DNA of 64,000 nucleotides, taken from the NCBI GenBank assembly GCA_963715285.1, contig CAVQRU010000008.1:13653-77652 (forward strand), read 5' to 3'. Position numbers and translations under genes: made by a program. Positions 1 to 9,339 of this stretch are shown here, piece by piece (positions within the stretch are counted from its first letter, which is position 1; each line of letters starts with the position of its first letter). Source of the DNA: Ilumatobacteraceae bacterium. Its GTDB lineage: Bacteria; Actinomycetota; Acidimicrobiia; Acidimicrobiales; Ilumatobacteraceae. A model generated the notes under the pieces. That model searched no databases, was not told the DNA's origin, and worked only from the letters and a program-made list of their open reading frames with translations.

Positions 1-1
1 C

Positions 2-133
2 TGCATCACGAGCGCCATCGACAGTTTCCTCCTCGACGGCACCGTGCCCGACGACGGCACCGAGTGCCCGAACGAGACGACCAACCTCGATCTGGGCGGC
101 ACGGACGGGGCCGACACGACGGAAGAGGGCTGA
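2..133 (+). CDS. 3' end of a gene truncated by the window edge; C-terminus resembles a secreted alpha/beta-hydrolase (TAP-like C-terminal region)
   Basis: Frame open from base 2 to TGA 131-133: CITSAIDSFLLDGTVPDDGTECPNETTNLDLGGTDGADTTEEG*. The Cys...LxDGxxPxxGxxC ending is recalled from tripeptidyl-aminopeptidase-type hydrolases. Absent from the ORF track because there is no start codon in the window. Confidence 0.35.
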   Translation, partial: CITSAIDSFLLDGTVPDDGTECPNETTNLDLGGTDGADTTEEG

Positions 134-291
134 GAAGAGGGCTGATCGGAACGCCATCTCGAGCAGTGACCCGGTCGGGAACGCAGGGTCGGTGCTCGGA
201 TGCCCCCCGGCTGTTCCGAAACGGCCGTTCGCCACGGTCCAGTTCCTCTCGAGGTTCTGGATTGCGGTGGCGGTCCCTGGTTCGACCGCCG

Positions 292-2817
292 TCACGTCGC
301 GTTGATGGCGTCCAGCACCTCGAGCCGCGTCGAGCGCTGTGCGGGGATCAGCGAGGCCAGAAAGCCCAGGCCGACACCGAGCACGAGCACCAACGCGAGC
401 ATCCTGCCGGGGAAGGAGAACGCGATGCCGGCATCGGACAGGCGGTCGATGCCGAAGATGAGTGCCCACCCGGTGAAGACCCCGAGCACGACGCCCGTGA
501 TGGTCCCGAGCGCCGCAATCAACACCGACTCGACGCGCACCATGCGTCGCACCCGTTTGTCCTCCATGCCGACCACCCGGAGCAGGCCCAGCTCGCGACG
601 CCGCTCGAGGATCGACAACGACAGGGTGTTGACGATGCCGATGAGGGCCACGACCACACTCATCAGCAGCAGTCCGTCGACCGCGCCGATCAGGAAGTCG
701 AAGATCTGTCCGATGAGCTGACCGAGCACGTTCCCCTGGGTGACGGTGATGTCGGGCCGGAGCGCGGTGATCTCGTCGATGGCGTCCTCGGTGTCGCTCT
801 GGGCGCCGGTCTGCAGACCGATGAACGCCACGGTCGGTGCCGTTTCGCCGACGAAGGCGTCGAACGTGGCGGCGTCGATGAAGTTGCCGACCAGGCTCGA
901 GTCGAGCGAGAAGTTGACAACGCCGACCACCTCCAAGTCGATGGTGCCGCCCTGGCTGTTCGTCATCGTGACCGATTGTCCGATCGGGTCGTCGCCCGCG
1001 ACGATCGAGCTGAGCAGCACCTGGCCGGGTCCGAGATCGTCGATCGATCCCTGCTCGAGGTCGAGATCGGCGACGTCGGACAGCGCAGCGAAGTCGCCCG
1101 TCGAGAGCGCCGACGGCGCTCCGTCGGCGGTCGGGTCGACGGTGCCAGGGCCCTCGACCGACACGGCCTCGCGGCGGAACGGCGTGACGGCCTCGACCCC
1201 GTCGACTGCCTCCAGATCCGCGATCAGTGCGTCGTCGATGGTTCCGCCGGTGCTCTCGATGACGTAGTCGGCGCTCGACAGTTCGTTGATCTTGGCGACG
1301 GCGAAGTCCTTCACGCTCGTGCCGGCCACGGTCACGAGCGTCACGAGGAACACCCCGATCAGCAGCGCGTTCGACGTGGTCGCGGTGCGCTGAGGATTCC
1401 GAGCGATGTTGTCGCCGGCGAGGCGGCCTTCGAGACCGAGCCGGCTCAGCAGAGGTCGGAAGATCCTGCTCCCCACGACGGCGATGATCGGTCCGGCGAC
1501 GATCACGCCGACGAACAGTGCCAGCGCGCCGAACGCGATCGCCGCAGGCGGGCCGAAGAGCATGCCCAACGCACCCGAGCCGATCAGGACACCGGCGGTG
1601 ACGACACGTTGACGTGACAGCGGCGAGGTCTCGACAGCCGCCTGACGCAGCGCTTCGATCGGCTCGGTCTTGGCCGCGCGGCGCGCCGGGATCATCACCG
1701 AGAGGAACGTGATCACCGTGCCGACGAACAACCCTTGGTACACGACCGTGGGCGACACGGTGATGCCGCTGCCGGGCAGGCTGACACCGACCGCCTCGAG
1801 CACGACCATCAGCGCGAAGGCCAGGCCGAATCCGGCCACCACCCCGAGCGCCGAACCGATCAACCCGATCACCAGACCCTCGAACCGGAGCGAGCGTTTG
1901 ATCTGTTTGGGTGTTGCACCGATCGCGGCGAGCACAGCCAGCTCGCGCATGCGCTGCGCGACGATCACGCTGAACGTGTTGTAGATGACGAACCCGCCGA
2001 CGAACAACGCCAGCAACGCGAATCCCTGGAGACCCGCCTTCAGGATCTTGCCGAAGCCGCTGACCTCACCCTGCTTGTCCTCGAGGAACTCGTCGCCGAG
2101 CTGGACCCGGAAGCCGGGTGGGATGAGCGGTTCCACTGCACTGACGAGCGCAGCCTGGTCGACCGCCCCTCGGACGTACAGATCCTGATACTCCACCTGG
2201 CCGGCGTTGAGCCAGTCGAACGCGGTGGTCTCGGGGATCGACACGGTACCGCTGGGGTCCTGTGCGTCCGAGTTGCCAAACGAGGTGATGCCGACAACCG
2301 TCGTGTCGAACTGCCCGGCGAGCGTCAGGATGGTCACCTGGTCGCCGAGCTCCAGGTCGTTGTCGCCGGCGAGACCTTTGTCGACGGCGATCTCACCGGC
2401 AGCGACCGGGGCGACGCCGTCGTCGATGTCGATCGGATTGAGTCCATCGTCGACGATCCACAGTCGACCGGTCGCATCGTCGGCGAACGTCGAGCCGTCC
2501 GGAGCGAGGAACGCAACCGAGCCGGTGAGATCGCCCCCGACGGCGGCGACTTCCGGAAGTGCCGCGATTTGGTCTGCCGCATCCTGCCCGATTCGGAGAT
2601 CGTCGGCGAACTGACCGCCGTCGGCGCCGTCGTCGACCACCACGGCGGCATCGACGCCGCCGTACTGTCGAGCGGCGTCGCCTTCGAGCGCGTTGATCAC
2701 ACGATCGGAGAGGAACCCGGTCGCCGTGAAGAACGCGACCCCGGTCATGATCGCAATCAGGGTGGCGATGTAGCGGCCGGTGTTGTGGCGCACGCCGCGC
2801 CATGCGAGCTGGAACAC
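292..2817 (-). CDS. ABC transporter permease, FtsX/MacB type (841 aa, two FtsX modules)
   Basis: Full ORF with N-terminal TM RYIATLIAIMTGVAFF. Two large extracytoplasmic regions are each followed by a 3-TM FtsX module (ELAVLAAIGATPKQI...; ELGLLRVVGMEDKRV...). Starts 6 nt after the stop of the ATPase gene 2824-3567. Confidence 0.9.
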   Translation of the reverse strand: MFQLAWRGVRHNTGRYIATLIAIMTGVAFFTATGFLSDRVINALEGDAARQYGGVDAAVVVDDGADGGQFADDLRIGQDAADQIAALPEVAAVGGDLTGSVAFLAPDGSTFADDATGRLWIVDDGLNPIDIDDGVAPVAAGEIAVDKGLAGDNDLELGDQVTILTLAGQFDTTVVGITSFGNSDAQDPSGTVSIPETTAFDWLNAGQVEYQDLYVRGAVDQAALVSAVEPLIPPGFRVQLGDEFLEDKQGEVSGFGKILKAGLQGFALLALFVGGFVIYNTFSVIVAQRMRELAVLAAIGATPKQIKRSLRFEGLVIGLIGSALGVVAGFGLAFALMVVLEAVGVSLPGSGITVSPTVVYQGLFVGTVITFLSVMIPARRAAKTEPIEALRQAAVETSPLSRQRVVTAGVLIGSGALGMLFGPPAAIAFGALALFVGVIVAGPIIAVVGSRIFRPLLSRLGLEGRLAGDNIARNPQRTATTSNALLIGVFLVTLVTVAGTSVKDFAVAKINELSSADYVIESTGGTIDDALIADLEAVDGVEAVTPFRREAVSVEGPGTVDPTADGAPSALSTGDFAALSDVADLDLEQGSIDDLGPGQVLLSSIVAGDDPIGQSVTMTNSQGGTIDLEVVGVVNFSLDSSLVGNFIDAATFDAFVGETAPTVAFIGLQTGAQSDTEDAIDEITALRPDITVTQGNVLGQLIGQIFDFLIGAVDGLLLMSVVVALIGIVNTLSLSILERRRELGLLRVVGMEDKRVRRMVRVESVLIAALGTITGVVLGVFTGWALIFGIDRLSDAGIAFSFPGRMLALVLVLGVGLGFLASLIPAQRSTRLEVLDAINAT

Positions 2818-2823
2818 GTGGGG

Positions 2824-3567
2824 TCAGGCCTCGAAGCGCTTCATGCGGTCGAGCACCCGCTCCGCGGTCGGGTTCGGCATCTCGTCGATGATCTGTCCGT
2901 CGGCGAGGAAGAGCACGTTGTTCGCGTACGACGCCGCGTGGGGGTCGTGGGTGACCATCACGATCGTCTGCCCCGAGCTGTCGACCGCCTGTCGCATGAA
3001 CGACAGGATCTCCATTCCCGTGCGCGAGTCGAGCGCTCCGGTGGGCTCGTCGGCGAACACGATGTCGGGTCGTGGGACCAATGCTCGGGCGACGGCGACA
3101 CGCTGCTGTTGGCCACCGGAGAGCTGGCTCGGGAGGTTGTCGATCCGATTCGCCATTCCGACGGTCTGCACGATCGTGTCGAACCAGGCCTGGTCAGGCT
3201 TCTCGCCGGCCAGTGTCAGCGGGAGGAGGATGTTCTCCTTCGCCGAGAGCGTCGGGATCAGGTTGTACTGCTGGAAGATGAACCCCAGCCGATCGCGGCG
3301 AAGCAACGTCAGGTCGGTCTTGCTCAGGCCCGACAGAGCGGTCTCACCGATGAAGGTTTCCCCGGAGGTGAGCCGATCGAGACCGGCGACACACTGCATG
3401 AGTGTGCTCTTGCCCGAGCCCGAAGGGCCCATGATGGCCGTGAACTGCTGCGCTGGAAACGACACCGTGACACCGGCCAGCGCCTGCACCTCGGTCTCTC
3501 CCGATCCGTAGGTCTTGACGGCGTCGACAGCCCGCGCTGCGCCGGCCTCCACGATGGTGTCGGTCAT
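2824..3567 (-). CDS. ABC transporter ATP-binding protein (MacB/LolD-like)
   Basis: Walker A GPSGSGKST, Q-loop, signature LSGGQQQRVAVARAL, Walker B DIVFADEPTGALD, H-loop VMVTHD. Confidence 0.95.
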   Translation of the reverse strand: MTDTIVEAGAARAVDAVKTYGSGETEVQALAGVTVSFPAQQFTAIMGPSGSGKSTLMQCVAGLDRLTSGETFIGETALSGLSKTDLTLLRRDRLGFIFQQYNLIPTLSAKENILLPLTLAGEKPDQAWFDTIVQTVGMANRIDNLPSQLSGGQQQRVAVARALVPRPDIVFADEPTGALDSRTGMEILSFMRQAVDSSGQTIVMVTHDPHAASYANNVLFLADGQIIDEMPNPTAERVLDRMKRFEA

Positions 3568-3712
3568 CTCAACTCTCCCTGGTCAGGTCGTTCTTCCGAG
3601 TGGCCCGCACCGACGAGCTCGGCACGCAAACGAAGCGGCCGGACTCTATCTCGGCCCACCGACGACGAGGAGTTCGTGCAAGATTCTTCTCGCGACAGGT
3701 TCTTCGTCCATA

Positions 3713-3751
3713 CTGACCGCCACGACTGACCGCCACGACTGACCGCCACGC
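3713..3751. repeat. 3 x 13-bp direct tandem repeat CTGACCGCCACGA in the divergent intergenic region
   Basis: Read directly: ctgaccgccacga ctgaccgccacga ctgaccgccacgc. The period is not a multiple of 3 and the repeat is intergenic. Confidence 0.9.
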
Positions 3752-3906
3752 TCAACGCCGACGCGGTGAACGACCAGTCAGCAGGGTTCGCGCCCGAGCC
3801 CCAACCAACGGAACGGATTCCGACTCATGGACCTCAAGCAGAAGCTCATCGACCTCGCCGCATCCGATGAGGACGACGACGTGCACGAGACCGCCGTCAC
3901 GGCGGA

Positions 3907-4311
3907 GTGATCATGAGGCGTCCGTTCCTCGTCACCATCATCGGGATCGTCATGATCCTCGTCGGGCTGCTCCAAGTCGGGGCCGGCATCCTGTTGCTGA
4001 GCCAACGCAACGACACCACCGTGCTCGCCGATGCGAACGCGACCACGAACGAGCTGACCTCGATCGCCGTCACGCTGCTCGTGATCGGGGCGATCTCGGT
4101 GCTCCTCTCGTTTGCGCTGCTGAACGGCAGCCGCCTCGCCCGCGGACTGATCGGCGTGCTGGAGCTGGCCCAGATTGCCGGTGGCGTCTACGTGCTGGTG
4201 AAGTTGGACAGCAGCCATCAGGCCGCCGGGATCGGCCAGATCGCCGGCGCGCTGATCGTGCTGTACTTCCTCTTCGGCACCGAGAAGGCGAAGTCGTTCT
4301 TCGCCCGCTGA
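3907..4311 (+). CDS. small integral membrane protein (about 4 TM), function unknown
   Basis: 134-aa ORF with four hydrophobic spans (FLVTIIGIVMILVGLLQVGAGILLL; LTSIAVTLLVIGAISVLLSFALL; LIGVLELAQIAGGVYVLV; IGQIAGALIVLYFLF). Start is GTG 3907 or ATG 3913. Confidence 0.6.
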   Translation: MIMRRPFLVTIIGIVMILVGLLQVGAGILLLSQRNDTTVLADANATTNELTSIAVTLLVIGAISVLLSFALLNGSRLARGLIGVLELAQIAGGVYVLVKLDSSHQAAGIGQIAGALIVLYFLFGTEKAKSFFAR

Positions 4312-4421
4312 GACTCCAGCGGTCAGGTCATGTGTGGCGTCCGAATCTGCTCACCGCTGGCCTGAGGGGTCCGCGTACGCGGCGTCGATCGCAACGAACC
4401 CGTTGCGCGAGAGTGGTGGCG

Positions 4422-5033
4422 ATGACCGCCGAATTCGGTGTCGGACGAGGCAAGGTGTTCCCGGCGTCGAAGGCGCGGTCGCTGCTCAACCCGGCACGGC
4501 GCCTCGTGCAGTCGCCCGGTCGTGTGGTCGACGCACTCGGCGTCGACGCGGACGCCGCCGTGCTCGAAGTCGGCTGCGGCCCTGGCTACTTCAGCCCGAC
4601 ACTCGCATCGGCGATCCCGGACGGCAGGGCGGTGTTGGGTGATCTCCAACCGGAGATGCTGCGTCTCGCTCGCGACCGGCTCGCCACGCACAGCAATGCT
4701 GACGTCGTGCAACTCGACGCGACCCGACTGCCGTTCGGTTCGGCGACGTTCGACGCCGTGCTCGTCGTGTTGATGCTCGGTGAAGTGCCGGACCGCGAGC
4801 GCTGCCTCGCCGAATGCCGGCGAGTGCTCCGGCCGGATGGCGTGGCACTGTTCGCCGAGAGCCGTCGCGACGGCGACTTCATCCGGCGTTCGGAGCTGTG
4901 CTCGATCGTCGAACCGCGCGGTTTCGAGCTCGACGAGGTCCGAGGTTGGTCGTTCGAGTACACCGCGCGCTTCCGGTGCGTACCCCTTGACGAGGCCCTG
5001 CCACCAGGACCGTTTCCAAGACCTACAAAATAA
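4422..5033 (+). CDS. class I SAM-dependent methyltransferase
   Basis: Internal ATG 4422 of ORF 3867-5033; the upstream 185 codons are Arg-rich and overlap 3907-4311. SAM motif I is VLEVGCGPGYFS, followed by DATRLPFGSATFDAVLVVLML and RVLRPDGVALF. Confidence 0.85.
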   Translation: MTAEFGVGRGKVFPASKARSLLNPARRLVQSPGRVVDALGVDADAAVLEVGCGPGYFSPTLASAIPDGRAVLGDLQPEMLRLARDRLATHSNADVVQLDATRLPFGSATFDAVLVVLMLGEVPDRERCLAECRRVLRPDGVALFAESRRDGDFIRRSELCSIVEPRGFELDEVRGWSFEYTARFRCVPLDEALPPGPFPRPTK

Positions 5034-5074
5034 TCCACTTTTAGTTGTAGGAATTGCAGTTCCGGTATTAGAGT
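5022..5074 (+). promoter_or_regulatory. predicted dabB promoter (-35 TTGTAG 5045-5050, -10 TAGAGT 5069-5074) overlapped by inverted repeat CCTACAA-N16-TTGTAGG
   Basis: The only strongly AT-rich stretch for kilobases. Hexamers are spaced 18 bp apart and ATG 5082 lies 7 nt after the -10. Inverted-repeat arms are at 5022-5028 and 5045-5051. Confidence 0.45.
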
Positions 5075-5081
5075 GCCGTCG

Positions 5082-6737
5082 ATGTCCGGAGTCCTGATCG
5101 CCGCTGTCGCCCTGCCACTCTTGATCGCTGTCGTCATCGCGCTGCTCCGCCTCCCGGTACGGCGTGCCGCCCCGGCGGCCGTCATCGCCAGCGCGGCGTC
5201 GTTCCTGGCGGCGCTGGCCGTGCTCGTCGCGACGGCCATCGACGGTCCGACGAGTGCGATCGTCACGGACGCCGACGGTCGCGTCGTCTTCGGACTCGCC
5301 GCCGATCGAGTGGGCGCCGTGCTGATCACACTCACGACGCTCGTCGGTCTGATCGTGCAGTCGTTCGCCTCGAGGTCGCTGCTCGGTGATCCACGAGCGC
5401 GCCGGTTCCACGTGCTCGCACTCGTGCTCACCGCCGCCACGGCCTCGGTGGCGGTCGCGGCAACGGGATCGGGCCTGGTGATCGCCTGGATCGCCACCAG
5501 CGTGGCCCTCGTCGCACTGATCGGCCACCGGGCTCCCTGGCCGCCCGCCGTCGCCGCGCAGCGCCGGACCGGACTCAGCTTCCTGATCGGCGACCTCGCC
5601 CTGCTCGTCGCAGTGCTCGCCACGATCGTCACCGTCGGCGACATCGACCTGCGAGCGGTCGCCGCCGACGCGTCGGCACTCGAGGCCGAACAGATCGTCG
5701 GCATCAACGCCCTCACGATCGTCGCCCTGCTGATGGTGATCGCAGGGGTTGCCCGCTCGGCGCTCGTTCCGATCCACCGCTGGCTGCCATCGACACTCGC
5801 CGCCCCGACGCCCGTGTCGGCGCTGCTCCACGCCGGTGTGGTCAACGGTGCGGGCGTGCTCCTCATCCGCTTCTCCCCGCTCTTCGGTGCATCGACCACG
5901 GCGATGACGCTCGCCTTCGTGCTCGGCATGGCCACCGCACTGATCGCCACCGCCGTGATGCTCGTGCGCACCGACGTCAAGGGCGGCCTCGTGTGGTCGA
6001 CGTCCGGACAGATGGGGTTCATGGTTCTGCAGCTCGGCGTCGGCGCCTTCGCCGCTGCCCTGTTCCACATCGTGGGTCACGCGCTCTACAAGGCGACGAT
6101 GTTCCTCGGCGCCGGCGGAGCCATCAGCGCACACCTGCGTCAAGGAACCCGTCCCCACCTCGGCGAGGCCGACGCGGCCACGCTGCGCTCGCCGACGGTG
6201 CGGGTGCTCGTCGGACTGGTCGTGCCGCTCGCAGCCTTCGCGCTCGCGCTGGCCGTCATCGATCCGCACCTCACGGCGGCGGCGACCATCCTGGTCGTCG
6301 TGTTCGGAACGCTCTCGATCGGCCGTGCAGCCAACGGCTGGTTGGGATCGACGCCGTTCACCGTGCGCAGGTCGGTCGTCACGGCGGTCGTCGGCGTGGC
6401 CGTCGGTGTGTTCGGCTATGTCGGCGGCCTCACGCTCTTCGAGAACTTCGTCGCCGACGTCGTGCCGTACGACGTGCCCGCCGCGGTCGGACCGGTGTGG
6501 GTCGCTGCATCGCTCGCGGCGATCGCCCTCGCCATCGCAGTGATCGTGTTCGCCCCCGGCCGTGGAGGTGACAACCTGCGTCGCGCGACCTACGTGTGGC
6601 TGTTCGCCACGGGCACCGCCACACCGACCTCACCGGCGGCCGCCCGCCGAGTGCGCACACGCTCCGCGGCCCTGCCCGCACACGGCCTCAACAGGTCCGA
6701 ATCACCCGCTCCCGTCACGGTTGGAGAACCCGCATGA
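5082..6737 (+). CDS. dabB: DabB: NuoL/MrpA-like proton-conducting membrane subunit of a DAB inorganic-carbon pump
   Basis: Polytopic protein with Proton_antipo_M motifs WLPSTLAAPTPVSALLHAGVVNGAGV, VWSTSGQMGFMVLQLG and FHIVGHALYKATMFLGAG. There are no other nuo/mrp genes in the window. The stop overlaps the dabA start (ATGA). The ORF opens at GTG 5073; ATG 5082 is preferred from promoter geometry. Confidence 0.85.
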   Translation: MSGVLIAAVALPLLIAVVIALLRLPVRRAAPAAVIASAASFLAALAVLVATAIDGPTSAIVTDADGRVVFGLAADRVGAVLITLTTLVGLIVQSFASRSLLGDPRARRFHVLALVLTAATASVAVAATGSGLVIAWIATSVALVALIGHRAPWPPAVAAQRRTGLSFLIGDLALLVAVLATIVTVGDIDLRAVAADASALEAEQIVGINALTIVALLMVIAGVARSALVPIHRWLPSTLAAPTPVSALLHAGVVNGAGVLLIRFSPLFGASTTAMTLAFVLGMATALIATAVMLVRTDVKGGLVWSTSGQMGFMVLQLGVGAFAAALFHIVGHALYKATMFLGAGGAISAHLRQGTRPHLGEADAATLRSPTVRVLVGLVVPLAAFALALAVIDPHLTAAATILVVVFGTLSIGRAANGWLGSTPFTVRRSVVTAVVGVAVGVFGYVGGLTLFENFVADVVPYDVPAAVGPVWVAASLAAIALAIAVIVFAPGRGGDNLRRATYVWLFATGTATPTSPAAARRVRTRSAALPAHGLNRSESPAPVTVGEPA

Positions 6738-9339
6738 CCACCTCGACACGAACCGCCAGCATCGACCGCAGCGTCCTGGTCGCCGACGTCGCCCGCGCCG
6801 GAGCCTTCGTCGCGCCCTACTGGCCGCTGACCTCGTTCGTGGCGGTCAATCCGCTCGGTGGCCTGCAGGACAAGCCGTTCGACGAAGCGACCGCGCTCGC
6901 CGGTCGATGGTTCGGGGCCCGCACCCACCTCGCGCTCGACGCGTATCGAGCCGAGTACGCCAGCGGCGCGATCAGCGACGTCGACCTCGACCGGTCGATC
7001 CACCGTCGACTGTCGTGGGTCGCCGATGCGCCCCCGATCGAGCTCGGAAACGTTCGTTTCGACGTGATCGACGTCATCCGCTGGGACCTGGTCCACGGGC
7101 CGGTCGACGCATCGGTTGACGCATCGTTTGACGCATCGTTGACGCGACATCGCCCACACTCGCCGATGCGCTCGACGACGTCGTCACGGCATGGTGTTCG
7201 ACCTACGTCGACGACGCCCACGTCCCGTGGGCGATGCCCGACCGCTCGCTCGGCTTCTACCGGTCGTGGCGGGCGCTCGCTCCTGCCGACCGTCGCCTGA
7301 CCGGACTGATCGGACGCGACGGAAGAGAGCGGCTCGCGTCGCTGCCCGACGATCCGGTCGAGATGCTCGATCTCGCGCTCACCAGCCGCGGCGTGGGCGA
7401 CGAGGGACGAGTCGCCGCGATCCGGACGCTCCTGCTGCGGACCCCGGGCTGGGCCGGCTTCGCGCGCTGGTGCGACGACTGGGCCCCCGCCGATCGCGAG
7501 GGGGTCCGACTCCGCATGCTCGACCTCGCGGCCGTACGTGCCGCAGTCGATCACGTCGCCCCGGAGCATCTCGACCTGCGCCAGACCGACGCGCCGACCG
7601 CGACGGTCACCGCACGAGTCGAGGCGGCGACCTCCGCGTTCGCCCTCTCCGCGCCCTCCGTGGCCGACCGCGAGACGATCGCGGCGGTGCTCCGCAAGGT
7701 CTCGGAGGCCGATCGGGCGGCGATCTGGCTCGCCGCCCACGAGTGGAACTTCCGCAACCGCCTCCTCGCCCGGCTCGACGGACCGAGCAGCCCGGGCCGG
7801 CAGACCCAGGCGCAACGACCCGATGCACAGTTGGTCTTCTGCATCGATGTCCGGTCGGAGGGCTTCCGGCGGCACCTGGAATCGCTCGGCCACTACGAGA
7901 CCTACGGGTTCGCCGGGTTCTTCGGTGTCCCCGTTCGGTGGCGGCCGCTCGGATCACCCGTTGCCCAGGCGCGCTGTCCCGTGCTGGTGTCACCTCGACA
8001 CGAGGTCGTCGAAGTCGCCGTCGACGACGACCACGCCTACCTTGCCTCGTGCTCCGCGAGCGCCGGTCTCCACGACGCGTTCTACGCCGCCAAGGGCGGC
8101 ATCGCCTCACCGTTCGCGCTCGCCGAGTCGGCGGGTTGGTTCGCCGGTCCCGTGGCCGCGGTCCGCACGTTGCTGCCGGGGCGTGCCGTCACGGCACCGG
8201 CCGAGGCCAAGACGCCGTGGTGGAAGCGGTTCTCGTCGATGCCACGAACCGGACCGGCCGTCGACGCCGAGGTCGGCGAACCACTCCGTTCCGGCCTGAC
8301 GTTGGAGGAGCGCACGCTGTTCGCCGAGGCGATCGTCACCACGATCGGCATGGCGGAGTTCGCTCCGATCGTGGTGCTGTGCGGCCACGGGAGCGACACC
8401 GCCAACAACCCGCACGCGTCGTCGCTCGACTGTGGCGCATGCGGCGGAGCCCCCGGCGGCGCGAGCGCACGGATCGCCGTCGCGATCCTCAACGACGCCG
8501 ACGTGCGCGCCGGGCTGGCCGAGCGCGGGATCGAGATCCCCGACGACACCTGGTTCGTCGCCGCCGAACACGACACCACCGCCGACGTGGTCACCATCTT
8601 CGATCGCGACGCCATCCCGGCGCAGTCGCTCGCCGGGGTCGATGCGCTCCAGCGTGATCTCGACGTCGCCGGCGAGCGCAACTCGCACGATCGTGCCGCC
8701 CGGCTGCCGGGCAACCCCGATCGCGTGCGCGATCGAGGTCGCGACTGGGCGCAGGTGCGACCCGAATGGGGGCTTGCCGGCAACGCCGCCTTCGTCATCG
8801 GCCCACGTTCGATCACCGCGGAGCACGACCTCGCCGGCCGTTGTTTCCTGCACAGCTACGTCGCCGAGCGCGATCCCGACGGGGTGGCGCTCGAGACGAT
8901 CATGACCGCCCCGCTCGTCGTCGCGCAGTGGATCTCGGCGCAGTACTACTTCTCGACGGTCGATCCCGAGGTGTTCGGCGCCGGCGACAAGATGCTGCAC
9001 AACCCCGTGGGTGGTGTCGGCGTCGTCGTCGGCCAGTCCGGCGACCTCGCCGTCGGGCTCCCGATGCAGTCGGTGATGCTCGGCGACCAACGAGCCCACG
9101 ATCCGCTGCGCCTCCTCGCCGTGGTGCAGGCGCCACTCGACCGCGTCGAGGGCATCATCGTGCGCAACAGCGGGTTGCGCCAGCTCGTCGAAGGTGAATG
9201 GATCCACGTGGTCGCCCGCGAGAGCGAGCACGATGCATGGTCGTTCCGCACCCCGAGCGGCGGCTGGGAACCCTGGACCGCCACCGACGTCCACGCCGCT
9301 GCGGCGGCACCCCTGCTCACCACACTGGAGACCTCATGA
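6734..9339 (+). pseudogene. dabA: DabA (DUF2309, carbonic-anhydrase-like subunit of the DAB pump); frame interrupted at about 7139-7141
   Basis: The N-terminal part is in frame 2 (ATG 6734, WPLTSFVAVNPLGGLQ...). The homology continues without a gap in frame 1 from 7141 (DATSPTLADALDDVVTAWCSTYVDDAHVPWAMPDRSLGFYRSWR...) to TGA 9337-9339. Zn-ligand blocks FCIDVRSE and CGHGS..NNPHASSLDCGACGG are present. The track shows the two pieces as ORFs 6596-7300 and 7234-9339. This could instead be a sequencing error in the repeat. Confidence 0.8.
7103..7149 (+). repeat. 12-bp tandem repeat (GTCGACGCATCG / GTTGACGCATCG / TTTGACGCATCG / -TTGACGCgaca) at the dabA frame break
   Basis: Read directly. Three in-frame units encode VDAS VDAS FDAS, and the fourth unit lacks one base. 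Confidence 0.9.

Noticed and set aside
262-283. tRNA-like T-arm (GGCGGTC-cctggttc-GACCGCC containing GGTTCGA).
   Set aside because: No acceptor, D or anticodon arms can be drawn around it. It is simply a hairpin just past the 3' end of the FtsX-permease gene and is probably its terminator.
3867-4421. N-terminal 185-codon extension of the methyltransferase ORF (3867-5033).
   Set aside because: The extension is Arg/His/Asp-rich and overlaps the hydrophobic membrane-protein ORF 3907-4311 in another frame. The methyltransferase fold begins just after ATG 4422.
7191-8657. 488-aa ORF in a third frame across dabA.
   Set aside because: Its translation is almost pure Arg/Pro/Gly. The DUF2309 motifs are all in the other frame (7141-9339).
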